64,000 nt of DNA from Bdellovibrionota bacterium (GCA_046328905.1 JAXLVP010000001.1:3175541-3239540); one strand, 5' to 3'; shown: positions 29,519-39,575, counted from the stretch's first letter. A program made the numbers and translations. The notes: generated by a model from the sequence alone, not told the origin.

Positions 29519-30027
29519 GTTTTCCTCTCTCGTTTGCGTAATAGGACGGGACACGTCTCAAGTGAGCGAGGGCTCTCCTGAGATGCGCCCCGCCTATTCG
29601 AAAGAGAGGAATCGAAAAACGAAAAACCTTGATGCGCTACCGCTGCCTTGATTGGCATTCGAATGAGTCGGTTGCCAGGAAAAGCAGCGTGACTAACTGC
29701 AAACGTCGAGTGAAAGAACGGCGCCGAATACCTACCATACAACTCGTTAATGTTCAATTTGCCCTCAATGGGACGACTTTTGGCGCTGAGTTGAGCGCTT
29801 GGCGTTGCCCGCGAACGGTGTTTGTCCGATGGAAGCTCGCTCTGAGCGAATGTCCGTCATAAATTTGCGATTCAGAATGTGCTTCTCTGCCAAGGCGTCC
29901 GAGCTCTCAGAAACCAATCCATGCGTGAGAGCGCTACGGATGCTATTGGCAAAGAGCTTGGGAAGGCTCTCGAGCGATCTAGTGGTTTTGTAAAAAGGGT
30001 GAGGGGGGTTCAAGCGCGGTCGGTCTG

Positions 30028-30846
30028 ATGATTCCATATATCTTGCTTTCAGTTCTGGGATTCGTTGTCGGAGCGTTCGGGACGCTTGTCGGAGCAGGTG
30101 GCGGTTTCCTGCTTATGCCCGTGCTCGTCATCCTCTACCCGGATGATCCGCCCGAGCTTCTGACTGCGATCTCACTCGCCGTGGTCTTCCTCAACGCTCT
30201 TTCCGGTTCCGTGGCGTACGCTAAGCTCCGCCGGATTGATTACAGGGCCGGCTTGATCTTCGCGCTCGCTGCTATACCGGGTGCTATCATTGGAGCGTCG
30301 GCAACTTCGTATCTCCCGCGTCGCCTCTTCGACATGATTTTGGGCGCGCTGCTCGTAATTGGAGCACTTTTTCTCTTTTTCAAGAAGCCGACTACGCAGA
30401 ACAAGCAGTTGAGTTCTGCAAAGCACACGTCGCATTTAGTTGACAGCGAAGGACATGAATACCAATTTTCTTACAACCTCGGTGTTGGGATCGCCATCAG
30501 TTTAGCCGTCGGCTTTGTCTCGAGCCTTCTTGGAATCGGGGGTGGGATCATCCACGTGCCGAGCCTCGTCTACCTCGTTAACTTTCCTGTCGCGATTGCC
30601 ACCGCCACATCGCACTTCATTCTTGCGATTGTTTCGTTCGCGGGGACTTGTGTTCATATCCACGACGGTATCTTTGAGCATGGTGGAATTCGGCGTACCG
30701 TTGCGCTGTCGCTCGGTGTTGTCATCGGCGCGCAGATCGGTGCCCAGCTCTCCCATCGCATTTCCGGGCACGGGATTATTCGTGCGCTTTCATTGGCCCT
30801 GTTGTTCGTCGGATTCCGAGTTCTTTGGCAAGGAGCAATGCAATAA
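30028..30846 (+). CDS. sulfite exporter TauE/SafE family membrane protein
   Basis: Eight-TM-helix protein with the duplicated GxGGG motifs (GAGGGFLLMP and GIGGGIIHVP). Confidence 0.85.
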   Translation: MIPYILLSVLGFVVGAFGTLVGAGGGFLLMPVLVILYPDDPPELLTAISLAVVFLNALSGSVAYAKLRRIDYRAGLIFALAAIPGAIIGASATSYLPRRLFDMILGALLVIGALFLFFKKPTTQNKQLSSAKHTSHLVDSEGHEYQFSYNLGVGIAISLAVGFVSSLLGIGGGIIHVPSLVYLVNFPVAIATATSHFILAIVSFAGTCVHIHDGIFEHGGIRRTVALSLGVVIGAQIGAQLSHRISGHGIIRALSLALLFVGFRVLWQGAMQ

Positions 30847-31083
30847 CGGACGGACGTCGACGGCCCGCTATTCCCGTAATAAGGCCTTTCTGATCACTCT
30901 TTCATCTTCCCAAGGTCCCGCTACGGTCGCGAATCGACGTGACCGCGAGAGCATCCTAACTCCGACGCATTTTAGCGGGAGTTCGCTTGCAGACCAGGTT
31001 CACAAATCCTGGCTGGCCCGGTGCGCTTGAGAATCAGCCTCCGGGTGTCTGTGGGATACTTGCGAGTGTGTCACCAACGGTAA

Positions 31084-31120
31084 GCCGCGACGCAAGTCGC
31101 GGTCTAGGTTCGAACCCTAA
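31084..31120 (+). other. paired stable hairpins (8-bp stem with GCAA tetraloop, then GGTTCGAACC T-loop-like palindrome) in a long leader
   Basis: GCCGCGAC-GCAA-GTCGCGGT directly abutting CTAGG-TTCGAAC-CCTAA. The second hairpin mimics a tRNA T-arm, but no cloverleaf can be completed. Confidence 0.3.
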
Positions 31121-31380
31121 GTTCGGGCCGCGTTCGGCAACGGGCGTGGCCCATTGACTCGAAAGAGTCCTTGTCCCCCTCGAAGGGTTCTTCGGCGGAT
31201 TGCGAGCGCCGTTTCGACGGTACTCGTGAGATGCAACGGTGAGGGGACCAGTGTGCTGCCTCTGGAGAGTGACCGGAGCCCGAGCAATGACTCTTTTGCC
31301 GATGCTTCGAGACGCGAGTCTGAAGCTTCGTTCAACTCAGTTACTCTCGAGCTTCTGACACCCGACATGCTGTCACCCGT

Positions 31381-31410
31381 TTCCTTACCGTGAGGAACCC
31401 TTTTTTTCTC
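31381..31410 (+). terminator. intrinsic terminator / attenuator immediately upstream of the SPFH gene RBS
   Basis: TTCCTTA-ccg-TGAGGAA stem followed by CCC-TTTTTTT. It ends 14 nt before the ATG at 31424, and the T-run overlaps the RBS. Confidence 0.4.
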
Positions 31411-31423
31411 AGGAGAGATTTCG

Positions 31424-32578
31424 ATGGCACTTTTCGAAACGGTTCAGGTCGGTGATGGTGAGCTTGCGCTCCTTTTCAAAGAGAAGCGATTTCAGCGTAT
31501 TCTGACTCCGGGACGCTACACTCTGTTCAATCCGGCTGGCCGATATCAGGTGCGTTCGATCTCTCTGCAACAACCGGAGTTCACGGATCCTCTCGGCGAG
31601 ATTCTGCTCGAGCAATATCCAGCCCAGCTGAGTGAGCATCTCACGCTCATTGCGATGGGTGCTTCCGAAGTCGGCCTCGTTTATTTTGACGATGCGCTCG
31701 TCGACATTCTTCCTCCGGGGAAGCGCATTCTCTATTGGAAGCAGGCAAAGAAGATCAGAGTTGAGAGAGTCGACCTCGAAACCAGCATCGAGATCAGCAA
31801 ACCGTTGCAAACGGTGCTTCGACGTTCCGGCCCGATGAGAACGGGCCAATCTTGGCTTGCCGCGAACATTCTCCTCGTCGATGTGCTCAACCAGCATGTC
31901 GGTCTCCTCTCCGTAAACGGCGCGATCGAGAGACAGCTCGGCCCGGGCAGCTACGCGTTTTGGAAAGCAGGGAAGAACGTTTCTGTTCAGATCATCGACC
32001 AACGGTTGCAGGTGCTCGACGTTCAGGGTCAGGAGATTCTCTCGAAGGATAAAGTGAGCCTTCGACTCAACGTCACGGCCAGCTATCATGTTGAGGATGC
32101 CTTTGTTGCCGTTAGCAAGTCGAGTGACTTCAAAACATTTCTCTACAACAGCTTGCAGTTCGCCATTCGAGAAACCGTAGGCACTCGGACGCTCGACGAT
32201 CTGCTGACGAACAAAGAAGCGGTCTCAGCAAATATCTTGAGCTATGCGAAGGACGCAGTAAAATCGATCGGCGTTGACGTCGATCAGCTCGGCGTGAAAG
32301 ACATTATTCTTCCGGGCGACATGCGAACGATCTTCAATCAGGTCGTCGAAGCAGAGAAAATCGCGGAGGCGAACCTGATTCGTCGGCGAGAAGAGACTGC
32401 TGCGACCCGTTCCTTGCACAACACCGCAAAGATGATGGAGAACAATCCCACGCTGCTGCGATTGAAAGAGCTGGAAGTGCTCGAGACAGTGACTCAGAAG
32501 ATCGAACGTTTCACTGTGTTTGGTGGATTGGATACGATCCTGAAAGACTTAGTGCAGCTCAAGGCGCGTACGGAGTAA
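31424..32578 (+). CDS. SPFH/band-7 domain protein (slipin/flotillin-like)
   Basis: The central and C-terminal region has SPFH-like segments and a coiled-coil EAEKIAEANLIRRREE. No N-terminal TM helix. Confidence 0.75.
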   Translation: MALFETVQVGDGELALLFKEKRFQRILTPGRYTLFNPAGRYQVRSISLQQPEFTDPLGEILLEQYPAQLSEHLTLIAMGASEVGLVYFDDALVDILPPGKRILYWKQAKKIRVERVDLETSIEISKPLQTVLRRSGPMRTGQSWLAANILLVDVLNQHVGLLSVNGAIERQLGPGSYAFWKAGKNVSVQIIDQRLQVLDVQGQEILSKDKVSLRLNVTASYHVEDAFVAVSKSSDFKTFLYNSLQFAIRETVGTRTLDDLLTNKEAVSANILSYAKDAVKSIGVDVDQLGVKDIILPGDMRTIFNQVVEAEKIAEANLIRRREETAATRSLHNTAKMMENNPTLLRLKELEVLETVTQKIERFTVFGGLDTILKDLVQLKARTE

Positions 32579-32889
32579 GCTCGCGCGCGGAAGAGCGCCA
32601 GTGCTGCTGTCACCCTCCGTTCAGAGTTAATTCATGGTAATCTTCCTGGCGGCTGGACACTAACGCCGTATGTGGCCGAACCTGATCCGTTCTCATCGGA
32701 TCGGCGCGGGTCTGTCTCCGACCTCGCGCGCGTAATCCAGCGCAACGATTTTTTTTCAGTAAAAATGCCCAAAGAAGCGGAATTTCCGGAGCACGCCTGT
32801 AACCGACACCGAATAACTACGTAACACATGTGCGGTGGATGTGCGGGAGGGTGCGGTGTTTATTCACGAACCTCGTAAAGGAACCGGGC

Positions 32890-33774
32890 ATGCGAGTAGG
32901 TCATTTCTTTGTTCTCCTAGCGTCACTTTTTGTAATAACGCCGGCGGTCGCTTCCGCTCAGCTTGCTTGTCCGGGAGTGACTCCTCCGGCCGGCGGCTTC
33001 CCTGTTGTATTCGTGCTCAACGGAAATGCATTTGGTCCCGTGAGGGCGGATGGTCTTGCAGCTCAATTTGCAAGCGCCGCGCGATCGACGAATAAAGTTT
33101 GCACCTATGTGCTGTCGCACAGCTCAATGACAGGACAAGCTGTGTTTGAATCTCAAATCATCGGACCGATGAACGCCCTTGCAACTGGAGCGCAAGCGAC
33201 ATCGCATATCATTAACCCGCGCAGATTTGGAATCGCCGGTTTCTCCGCAGGAGGAATCCTCTCGCTCACAGCTCTTTTCCGTTACAGCCAAACGACCAAC
33301 TTCACTTTGAAAGGCGGGATTACCTATTATGGAGCCGATATCAACATGCTCTACGATTTTCACACGCTTCGGGGAAGTGGTGCGCCTATCTTCGGCAACC
33401 AACTGTTTGCGGCAGAAAAGGGCTCAGGGGCTATCTGTAATACAGCAAGCGGGCCGACGAACTGCGGTTACTTCAGTCGTCAGATTCTCAGCGTTCTCAA
33501 CACCAACATGGGTGGAGTTACTCCGGCGAAGTTGCGCTACTTTTCTCCGCTCGGAGCGCTGGCTGATGTTCCAATCAGCGCGGGAGTCCCGTCGATCTAT
33601 GGTTGCTTCGGTACTGCAGATGACAACGTTGTCGGCGGTCTGAGCGCTCACTACACCCAGCTCGAGTCCGACCTCTATGGGGCTCAGTCGAGGATTTCGA
33701 TGTATAATGGCGGGCACGGCGCTGCTTGGACTGCGTGCCCAGATTCGATCTCGTGGTTAACAACTGTTTTGTAA
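32890..33774 (+). CDS. secreted alpha/beta hydrolase (esterase/lipase-like)
   Basis: Signal peptide after the internal ATG (MRVGHFFVLLASLFVITPAVASA). Nucleophile elbow GFSAGG (GxSxG). C-terminal NGGHG. Confidence 0.68.
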   Translation: MRVGHFFVLLASLFVITPAVASAQLACPGVTPPAGGFPVVFVLNGNAFGPVRADGLAAQFASAARSTNKVCTYVLSHSSMTGQAVFESQIIGPMNALATGAQATSHIINPRRFGIAGFSAGGILSLTALFRYSQTTNFTLKGGITYYGADINMLYDFHTLRGSGAPIFGNQLFAAEKGSGAICNTASGPTNCGYFSRQILSVLNTNMGGVTPAKLRYFSPLGALADVPISAGVPSIYGCFGTADDNVVGGLSAHYTQLESDLYGAQSRISMYNGGHGAAWTACPDSISWLTTVL

Positions 33775-34167
33775 GCGTTCTCTGATTATCCGCTCGCACG
33801 CTTCCCAACAGAAGCGGCGGGCGGAAGCGCGAAGAGCGCACAGGATGGCACGGAGGTGCAACCGAAGGGGGCGCAAGGACGCGAGATGGTCGTTTTCAAC
33901 GGACTGATTGCCGGCATCACTACCTCGCATCTACGGAAAAGGAATTGTTCGCTTTTTCCTTTGCGTTCTTCGCGCTTTCGCCCGTAGCGCGTGGCTTTGC
34001 GCGCGATCTCGCGCTTGCATATTTGGCGGAGGTGTTTTGATTGCCCCGGATACCGGTGAAACTAACGGCTGAGCCCGTGCGATTGTGACAAGCTTTACTC
34101 AGAAACGACACTCGCCTGCAGTCGATAATACGGTTGAACGAAGATACTTACCCAGGAGGGAAACCGT

Positions 34168-34656
34168 ATGACCAGCCCAGACACCCAGACCACACCGAAG
34201 CAACGAGAACGCTCGGCTCTACGCCATCTTGAATCTCTCGACGGGCTCTTGAGGATGGGAGAAGAGCCGGACGAAATCTGGTATGAAGTAAACCAAACCA
34301 GTGACAAATGCGCCGAAGAGTATTGCGCATGGCTCGCTTTACGAGGAATCCAGTTTCCGCTCGAAGGCATAAAAATCATGCTGCGCGGACTCTTCGAATT
34401 TACCTATCTCCATCACTGGTCGGGTCGAGCGGCAATTCGGAACCTGACAAAAGCGAAAATTGCTGAGTTCTATCAACCGTTCAGCGGCACCGAGCTGGAA
34501 ACTGCTTCAGGGTTATTGAGTCCAGGCGAGCTATTGGTTTTGTTTTTTCAGTTTCTGTCGGACGCGGGATACGACATCAACGCGAAGCGGCTTGCGGACG
34601 AAATCACCAGACTACGACCCAAAGCTCAACGCCCGAGAAGGCAGGCGGCTCAGTAG
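34168..34656 (+). CDS. hypothetical protein
   Basis: 162 aa with RBS CCAGGAGGGAAACCGT-ATG. Confidence 0.5.
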   Translation: MTSPDTQTTPKQRERSALRHLESLDGLLRMGEEPDEIWYEVNQTSDKCAEEYCAWLALRGIQFPLEGIKIMLRGLFEFTYLHHWSGRAAIRNLTKAKIAEFYQPFSGTELETASGLLSPGELLVLFFQFLSDAGYDINAKRLADEITRLRPKAQRPRRQAAQ

Positions 34657-34893
34657 CGCCTGAACATAGCTTTGTATCACGGTCGCAGTTCCGCTTAATA
34701 CGCCGTCACCTGGCAGCAGCTCTGCACGTCAAGCGCACCTCGTAGGCGGAGTCGGGCGAGCGAATATCTCTCTTGATATGGTTGCTGAAATGCGGACGGG
34801 CTAGGCAGATCTCCGGACGTCTATTTCCAGTAGTTTTGTTAAGCTGCGCATGGCTTGGAGAGCGCGGCACCTCCTGGATCTGACCACTGTTTG

Positions 34894-35304
34894 CTAGGTC
34901 AGCGATGACAGATTCTTCGTCCTCGGTAATACCAGCTCCTCGGGGCCATAGATGTGAAGCGCTCGGTAGTTAAGTTCGTCGCTCTTTCTCCCGGCGATGC
35001 TCGTTTGGTACGCGCTGTAGTCGGCTGGTGCGGCATCTTCCGTATAATCGACGATGGTGACATCGCTTAATGCACTGAGCTCCCGCCGCAGCGTCCGCAT
35101 TTTGCTTTGTCCCGCCTTCCGTACGTAATGGCCGATGTTGGTGAGACGTCGGTGTGTGTTTCCGTCGCCATCCACCACATCCGGGCCAAATGTTTCATCC
35201 GGTAATGAACGGCCGGCGGTTAGACCAAGGACAAACCCTGCATTTACAAGAATGCCCTTGTTCTCCTGTGCTTGATCGACCACGAGCACACTTATGTATC
35301 TCAT
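34894..35304 (-). CDS. DUF2000 family protein
   Basis: MRYISVLVV...LVNAGFVLGLTAG...GPDVVDGDG matches my recollection of DUF2000 proteins along the full length. Strong RBS AGAGGGAGG. ATGA overlap with the upstream gene. Confidence 0.72.
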   Translation of the reverse strand: MRYISVLVVDQAQENKGILVNAGFVLGLTAGRSLPDETFGPDVVDGDGNTHRRLTNIGHYVRKAGQSKMRTLRRELSALSDVTIVDYTEDAAPADYSAYQTSIAGRKSDELNYRALHIYGPEELVLPRTKNLSSLT

Positions 35305-35879
35305 ACTGCCTCCCTCTTTGTTATCGGTATCCAACAGATGTTCATCTTTTTGAGCTCTGCGATCGTGCGTAGTTCGTAGGACTTCAAACCAGCGAGGTTC
35401 GTGACACAAGAGTCAGCCCAGTCTTCAACGACGAGTTTTGCTGCGGCTTGAGTATTGGGGGCATCTACAAATGTCATCGCTCCCTGTGGGGCTATCGGAG
35501 CGAGGAGCGGCCGCAGATCCGGAATGCACGCACATCGATTTCCGTTCGGAGTGCCGCTGCGACTCGCAAAATAGAGCGGTGGATTGAAAAGCCAAAACGC
35601 ATATTCGGAACGTACCTCGAATGTCAGGTCGAGTGTCGCTTTCGCCGCCAAATGATGAACGTGCGGGAGAAACATGAGTCGCCGAGCTCGGGAGGGATGT
35701 TTCAAAATCTCCAGACCCTCGTCGAAGGTCGGTGCGTGGATGAGGCGTGAGGTGAGCGATCGATCCCGCAGAAAATGTTGCGCCGCCCGGTCACAACAGG
35801 TCCCAGGAGGAAGGGAGATAACTTCGAGCTCCTCTTCAGACCCTGAGGTCGCTCTGGTTGAACTGCCACGACACATCAT
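35301..35879 (-). CDS. hypothetical protein (middle gene of MarR-GNAT operon)
   Basis: Translationally coupled on both sides. No family recognised. Start is uncertain (35879 or 35915). Confidence 0.5.
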   Translation of the reverse strand: MMCRGSSTRATSGSEEELEVISLPPGTCCDRAAQHFLRDRSLTSRLIHAPTFDEGLEILKHPSRARRLMFLPHVHHLAAKATLDLTFEVRSEYAFWLFNPPLYFASRSGTPNGNRCACIPDLRPLLAPIAPQGAMTFVDAPNTQAAAKLVVEDWADSCVTNLAGLKSYELRTIAELKKMNICWIPITKREAV

Positions 35880-36814
35880 AAATCGGTGATGTACCACTCG
35901 TCGCAAGCTTTCCACAGAGCGGGGCCGAATCGTTGCCGGCTCCGTTTAAACCCGCACTTCTCGTAAAGGCCTTTGCCAAGAGCCATCCGGCTCGTTGTCT
36001 CAACGTAGCATCGCTGGAAACCGAGCTCTCGCGCCTTCTCGAGACATGTCTCGAGAAGGCGTTTCCCTAGTCCAGCTTGTCTCGCCTCCGGCAAAACAAA
36101 CAGCTTTCGCAGCTCGCAGATATGTTTCGGCGCTTCAGCGAGCTCAGCGATTCCAGCCGACCCGACGATTTTCTCATTCCGAACAGCCACGAGATACAGC
36201 GCGCGCGGCTTCTGAAATGCCTCGTAGGGCGAGCTGAACTCCTCAGGATAGGCGAAATATTCCGGCCCATCGAATCCGAATTCATTCATCACTTTCCGAA
36301 TGAGCTGTGTCACTTGCGCGTTGTCGCCACGTCGAATCGGACGGATGTCGTAGTTCTGTTGAAGGCGTACCTTCTTCAACGTTTTGGCGAAGAGTGAAAC
36401 ACCTTCTTCGAGTATTCCACGTTCGGAACGAGAGAGCAGAGCGAGCACTTGCTCGGCGGTAGCGGAGCGCTGTCTGTTGGTGCTTTCGATCAGCTCATGA
36501 CCCTTCTTGGTCGGGAGAATCGGCTTCTGACGCTTGTCACGTGCATCGACAGCGGTCTGCACCAGACCGGAGCTCACCAGAGAGCTGATGAGGCGGCTCG
36601 CGGCCGACTTATCGATTTCGAGAGCGACAGCAAGCTCGGCTGTGGTCCGGACACCCTGCGTCGTCACCTCGAAGAGTGCTCGCAACCCCGAGACGCCGAC
36701 CTCATCAGCTATCTCTGCTTTTTCGAGGAGCCGTAGTTCCGTCAGCAGCGAGTTGAGCGCCTCGCAGAGGCTGCGAGTCTGGTCCAATGGGATAGCTTTC
36801 GACGGTAGGTGCAT
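35876..36814 (-). CDS. MarR-family HTH fused to GNAT N-acetyltransferase
   Basis: N-terminal winged-helix MarR-like segment (TTAELAVALEIDKSAASRLISSLVSSGLV). C-terminal GNAT motifs (RRGD..Q and LFVLPEARQAGLGKRLL). Confidence 0.8.
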   Translation of the reverse strand: MHLPSKAIPLDQTRSLCEALNSLLTELRLLEKAEIADEVGVSGLRALFEVTTQGVRTTAELAVALEIDKSAASRLISSLVSSGLVQTAVDARDKRQKPILPTKKGHELIESTNRQRSATAEQVLALLSRSERGILEEGVSLFAKTLKKVRLQQNYDIRPIRRGDNAQVTQLIRKVMNEFGFDGPEYFAYPEEFSSPYEAFQKPRALYLVAVRNEKIVGSAGIAELAEAPKHICELRKLFVLPEARQAGLGKRLLETCLEKARELGFQRCYVETTSRMALGKGLYEKCGFKRSRQRFGPALWKACDEWYITDL

Positions 36815-36890
36815 AAGTCAACCAATCAGGTGTCACACGCAAGCATAGCATCCCGCCCGCCGAAAGACAAACGCGCTGACGGACTCACAA

Positions 36891-36928
36891 ATCGTATCCT
36901 CAGGGCGTCCGATATTTTCGGGGACAAT
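36891..36928 (+). repeat. palindromic repeat element (same family as 58.9-63.4 kb copies) with GGGGACAATG tail
   Basis: ATCGTATCCTC-AGGGCGTC-CGATAT-TTTC-GGGGACAATG lies in the MarR-GNAT / Cys-rich-gene intergenic region, about 77 nt upstream of the MarR-GNAT start. Confidence 0.5.
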
Positions 36929-37323
36929 GCATAGTGAAACTGTCACTTCGGTAAGCGCGATAACGTTCAACTGGGACGAATGGCGTGAACGCTGAAGACC
37001 GAGGTAAGCGACGAGGGCGGGGATCAGGAGAAACGATAGGAGTTGCGAGGAATGGTCAGAATCGGGAGGAATAGTACGAAGAGCGACGAACGCAAGAATC
37101 GGGCATGATTGTGAGGGAGCTTCGTGGAGACCACAAACGGGTCATGACTCGTTGGAACGTCAATTGAGACCCTTCGTTCGCCGAAGCCTCAGTGCAAACC
37201 TTCAACTTACCATGGGACGATGCTCGCTCTCGGATGCTTGAATAGGAGATTCGTGATAAATCTTCGTCGACGCTGCACGGAGAGTAGCGTCCTCAGAAAA
37301 ACGAACGACTCTAGAGCTCCGCG

Positions 37324-39018
37324 ATGGATTTATTCTGCGCCGTTTCTAACTCGAAATTCAACTTCTCAACGGAAGATCAAGCTCTCCTCGAGCGGCTTTC
37401 TCCCCGGATCAATGGAGTGACCTATCCACTCCCTCCTCCGAAATTATCTCCTGACGAGCGCAAGCGTCGGCGCTGGGCATTTCGAAATGAACGCCACCTC
37501 TATCACCGAAAATGTGATTTCAGCGGGAAGGCGATCGTTACAAATTACTCCCCAGACAAAAAGCTTACTGTGTATTCGAAAGAGGATTGGTGGTCAGACA
37601 ATTGGGACTTCCGGTCGTATGGCCGCGACTTCGATTTCAACAGGCCGTTTTTTGAGCAGTTCGCGGATCTGTTCGCGGTAGTGCCGAAGGTAGCTCTTAC
37701 TACCTCACCGGACGCCGATGAGAATAACTGCCGCTACATCAACTTCGCAGGCAGTAGTAAGAACTGCCACATGGTTTTCGATTCCGATTTCGACGAGGAC
37801 TGTTACTTTTCCAACGTTCTGAAACATTCGAAGAACTGTGCGGACTGTTCCTATGTCCACAGCTCAGAGCTTTGCTACGAATGTGTCGACTGCACGAACT
37901 GTTATGCGCTTCTCTACAGCCAAAATTGTGCGAGCTGCAGCGAAAGCTACTTTCTCGACCAATGTGTCGGATGCTCCAACTGCTGCCTCAGCGCAAACTT
38001 GGTGCAGAAGCAATACTACTTCCGAAATAAGCCCTATTCGCGGGAGGGGTATTTTCGACTGGTCGAATCGCTCGAGCTCGAGAAGCGCACCAGCGTCGAG
38101 TCGCTCCGCGAATCATTCCGTGTCTCGCTGCTCGATTTTCCAAAAAAATATTGTCAAATCCTTCGATCCGAAAACTGCACCGGCGACTATATCGTTAACT
38201 CGCGAAACATCCATTCGAGCTTCAACGTCGCCTCCGCCGAAGACCTTCGTTATTGCGACTCGCTCTATGCGGCGCGGAACTGCATGGACGTGTCTTCTTT
38301 CGGGGAGCAAATTGACCATGTGTACCAGAGCGGCACCATTGGCATCAACGTAACGAATACATTCTTCTCCCTCTGCGCCGTGGCAAACTGCGCGGACCTC
38401 TTCTACTCCGTTGATGCGCGCATGAGTCGACATTGTTTTGGGAGTGCGGGCGTCAAGCGCGCCCAGTTCTGTATTCTCAACAAGCAATACACCGAGGAAG
38501 AGTATTTCCGCTTGCTACCGCGAATCATCGCGCACATGCAAGCGACGGGAGAGTGGGGCGAGTTCTTCCCGATCTCGCTTTCGCCTTTCGGCTATAATGA
38601 AACTATCGCTCAGGACTTTTTTCCACTTACCGAGACGGAGGCGGGGACGCTCGGGGCCAAATGGAGCAATTACCTATCTCCCGCTCCCGATGTCCCGGCA
38701 CTTTCGGCAGAGGCTGTACCTGACACCATCGATGCGGTGACTGCAGACGTGTTGAAAAAGGCGATTCAGTGCCCGATCAGCAACAAGGTTTTCCGCATCG
38801 CCGACCCGGAGCTTGCATTATACCGGAAGTTGCGGATTCCGTTGCCGACAAAACACCCAGACGTACGGCATCAGCGCCGGATGGCGCTTCGTAACCCGCA
38901 ACACCTTTGGGCGAGGCAGTGTGCGAAAACCGGCGAGCGGATACTGAGCACTTACTCTCCGGAATCGCAGGCAATCGTCTATGGAGAGTCAGCTTTCCTA
39001 GAGAGCGTTCACGCATAA
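37324..39018 (+). CDS. cysteine-rich tandem-repeat protein of unknown function
   Basis: 564 aa with about 40 Cys. Residues roughly 150-260 form a ladder of C-x2-C pairs spaced 9-12 residues apart (NCRY..KNCHMV..EDCYFS..KNCADCSYV..LCYECVDCTNCYAL..NCASCSESYF..QCVGCSNCC). Further C-x2-C and CP-x-S zinc-ribbon-like motifs occur toward the C-terminus. Confidence 0.6.
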   Translation: MDLFCAVSNSKFNFSTEDQALLERLSPRINGVTYPLPPPKLSPDERKRRRWAFRNERHLYHRKCDFSGKAIVTNYSPDKKLTVYSKEDWWSDNWDFRSYGRDFDFNRPFFEQFADLFAVVPKVALTTSPDADENNCRYINFAGSSKNCHMVFDSDFDEDCYFSNVLKHSKNCADCSYVHSSELCYECVDCTNCYALLYSQNCASCSESYFLDQCVGCSNCCLSANLVQKQYYFRNKPYSREGYFRLVESLELEKRTSVESLRESFRVSLLDFPKKYCQILRSENCTGDYIVNSRNIHSSFNVASAEDLRYCDSLYAARNCMDVSSFGEQIDHVYQSGTIGINVTNTFFSLCAVANCADLFYSVDARMSRHCFGSAGVKRAQFCILNKQYTEEEYFRLLPRIIAHMQATGEWGEFFPISLSPFGYNETIAQDFFPLTETEAGTLGAKWSNYLSPAPDVPALSAEAVPDTIDAVTADVLKKAIQCPISNKVFRIADPELALYRKLRIPLPTKHPDVRHQRRMALRNPQHLWARQCAKTGERILSTYSPESQAIVYGESAFLESVHA

Positions 39019-39071
39019 AGTATGAGGGGAAGTTCCAGCGAGGCTTCCGACTCTCCGAATCCAGCAAAGCC

Positions 39072-39575
39072 ATGGCCATGTTTGTACATCTCGCGGTTGC
39101 ATCAAGTGCGAGTCGAATTGAACGCAACGGAATCAACCGCTTGCGGAAATCGGTTGGTTCCTCTTCAGGCGGAGTGTTCGCAGTTCCTGTCGTTCGGAAT
39201 TTCTACGTTTCGCATCAATGGCTGAGAGAGCTCAAAAGACGAAATCGAGGCGCTATCATAGGCGTTTATTTTCGGATCGCGGACGACCAACCCGTCTGGA
39301 TCGGACACTACGGTCGCGCACACCAGCAGGTCACTGCCGCGGAAGCCGTTGCGGAGTTCGATCGGGCCGAAGATCGCCAAGGTTGGGAGGTGATTATCCC
39401 GCGCCGCATCACGGCAAAAGAGATTCATCGCATTCGCTTTCTGCCTCAGGTCATTGGTTGGCGTTTCTCGCCTACCGCCAAAGGAAAGAAGCCATTTTGT
39501 GCCTGTAAATTCTGCACTCTCGGCGAGTATGGGGCTCGCAAGCTTCGGAAGCGTTTGGGACGAGATATGGACTAA
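39072..39575 (+). CDS. hypothetical basic protein with C-terminal CxCxxC
   Basis: Start placed at the internal ATG after the upstream stop at 39018. C-terminus is KPFCACKFC plus a K/R-rich tail. Confidence 0.45.
   Translation: MAMFVHLAVASSASRIERNGINRLRKSVGSSSGGVFAVPVVRNFYVSHQWLRELKRRNRGAIIGVYFRIADDQPVWIGHYGRAHQQVTAAEAVAEFDRAEDRQGWEVIIPRRITAKEIHRIRFLPQVIGWRFSPTAKGKKPFCACKFCTLGEYGARKLRKRLGRDMD

Noticed and set aside
31040-31128. tRNA gene (T-arm-like CTAGG-TTCGAAC-CCTAA plus long hairpin resembling a variable arm; possible tRNA-Sec given selU)
   Set aside because: I could not build an acceptor stem (the best candidate needs four G-U pairs), a D-arm, or a 7-nt anticodon loop with U33. GGTTCGAACC is itself a palindrome, so the T-loop resemblance is probably coincidental.
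31255-31305. Glycine riboswitch (CTCTGGAGAG ... ACCGGAGCCCGAGCAA)
   Set aside because: Only partial resemblance to the conserved GGAGAG / ACCGAAGGGGCAA elements, with no second aptamer or matching P1 3' strand. The downstream gene (SPFH) is unrelated to glycine metabolism. Kept only as part of the structured-leader finding.
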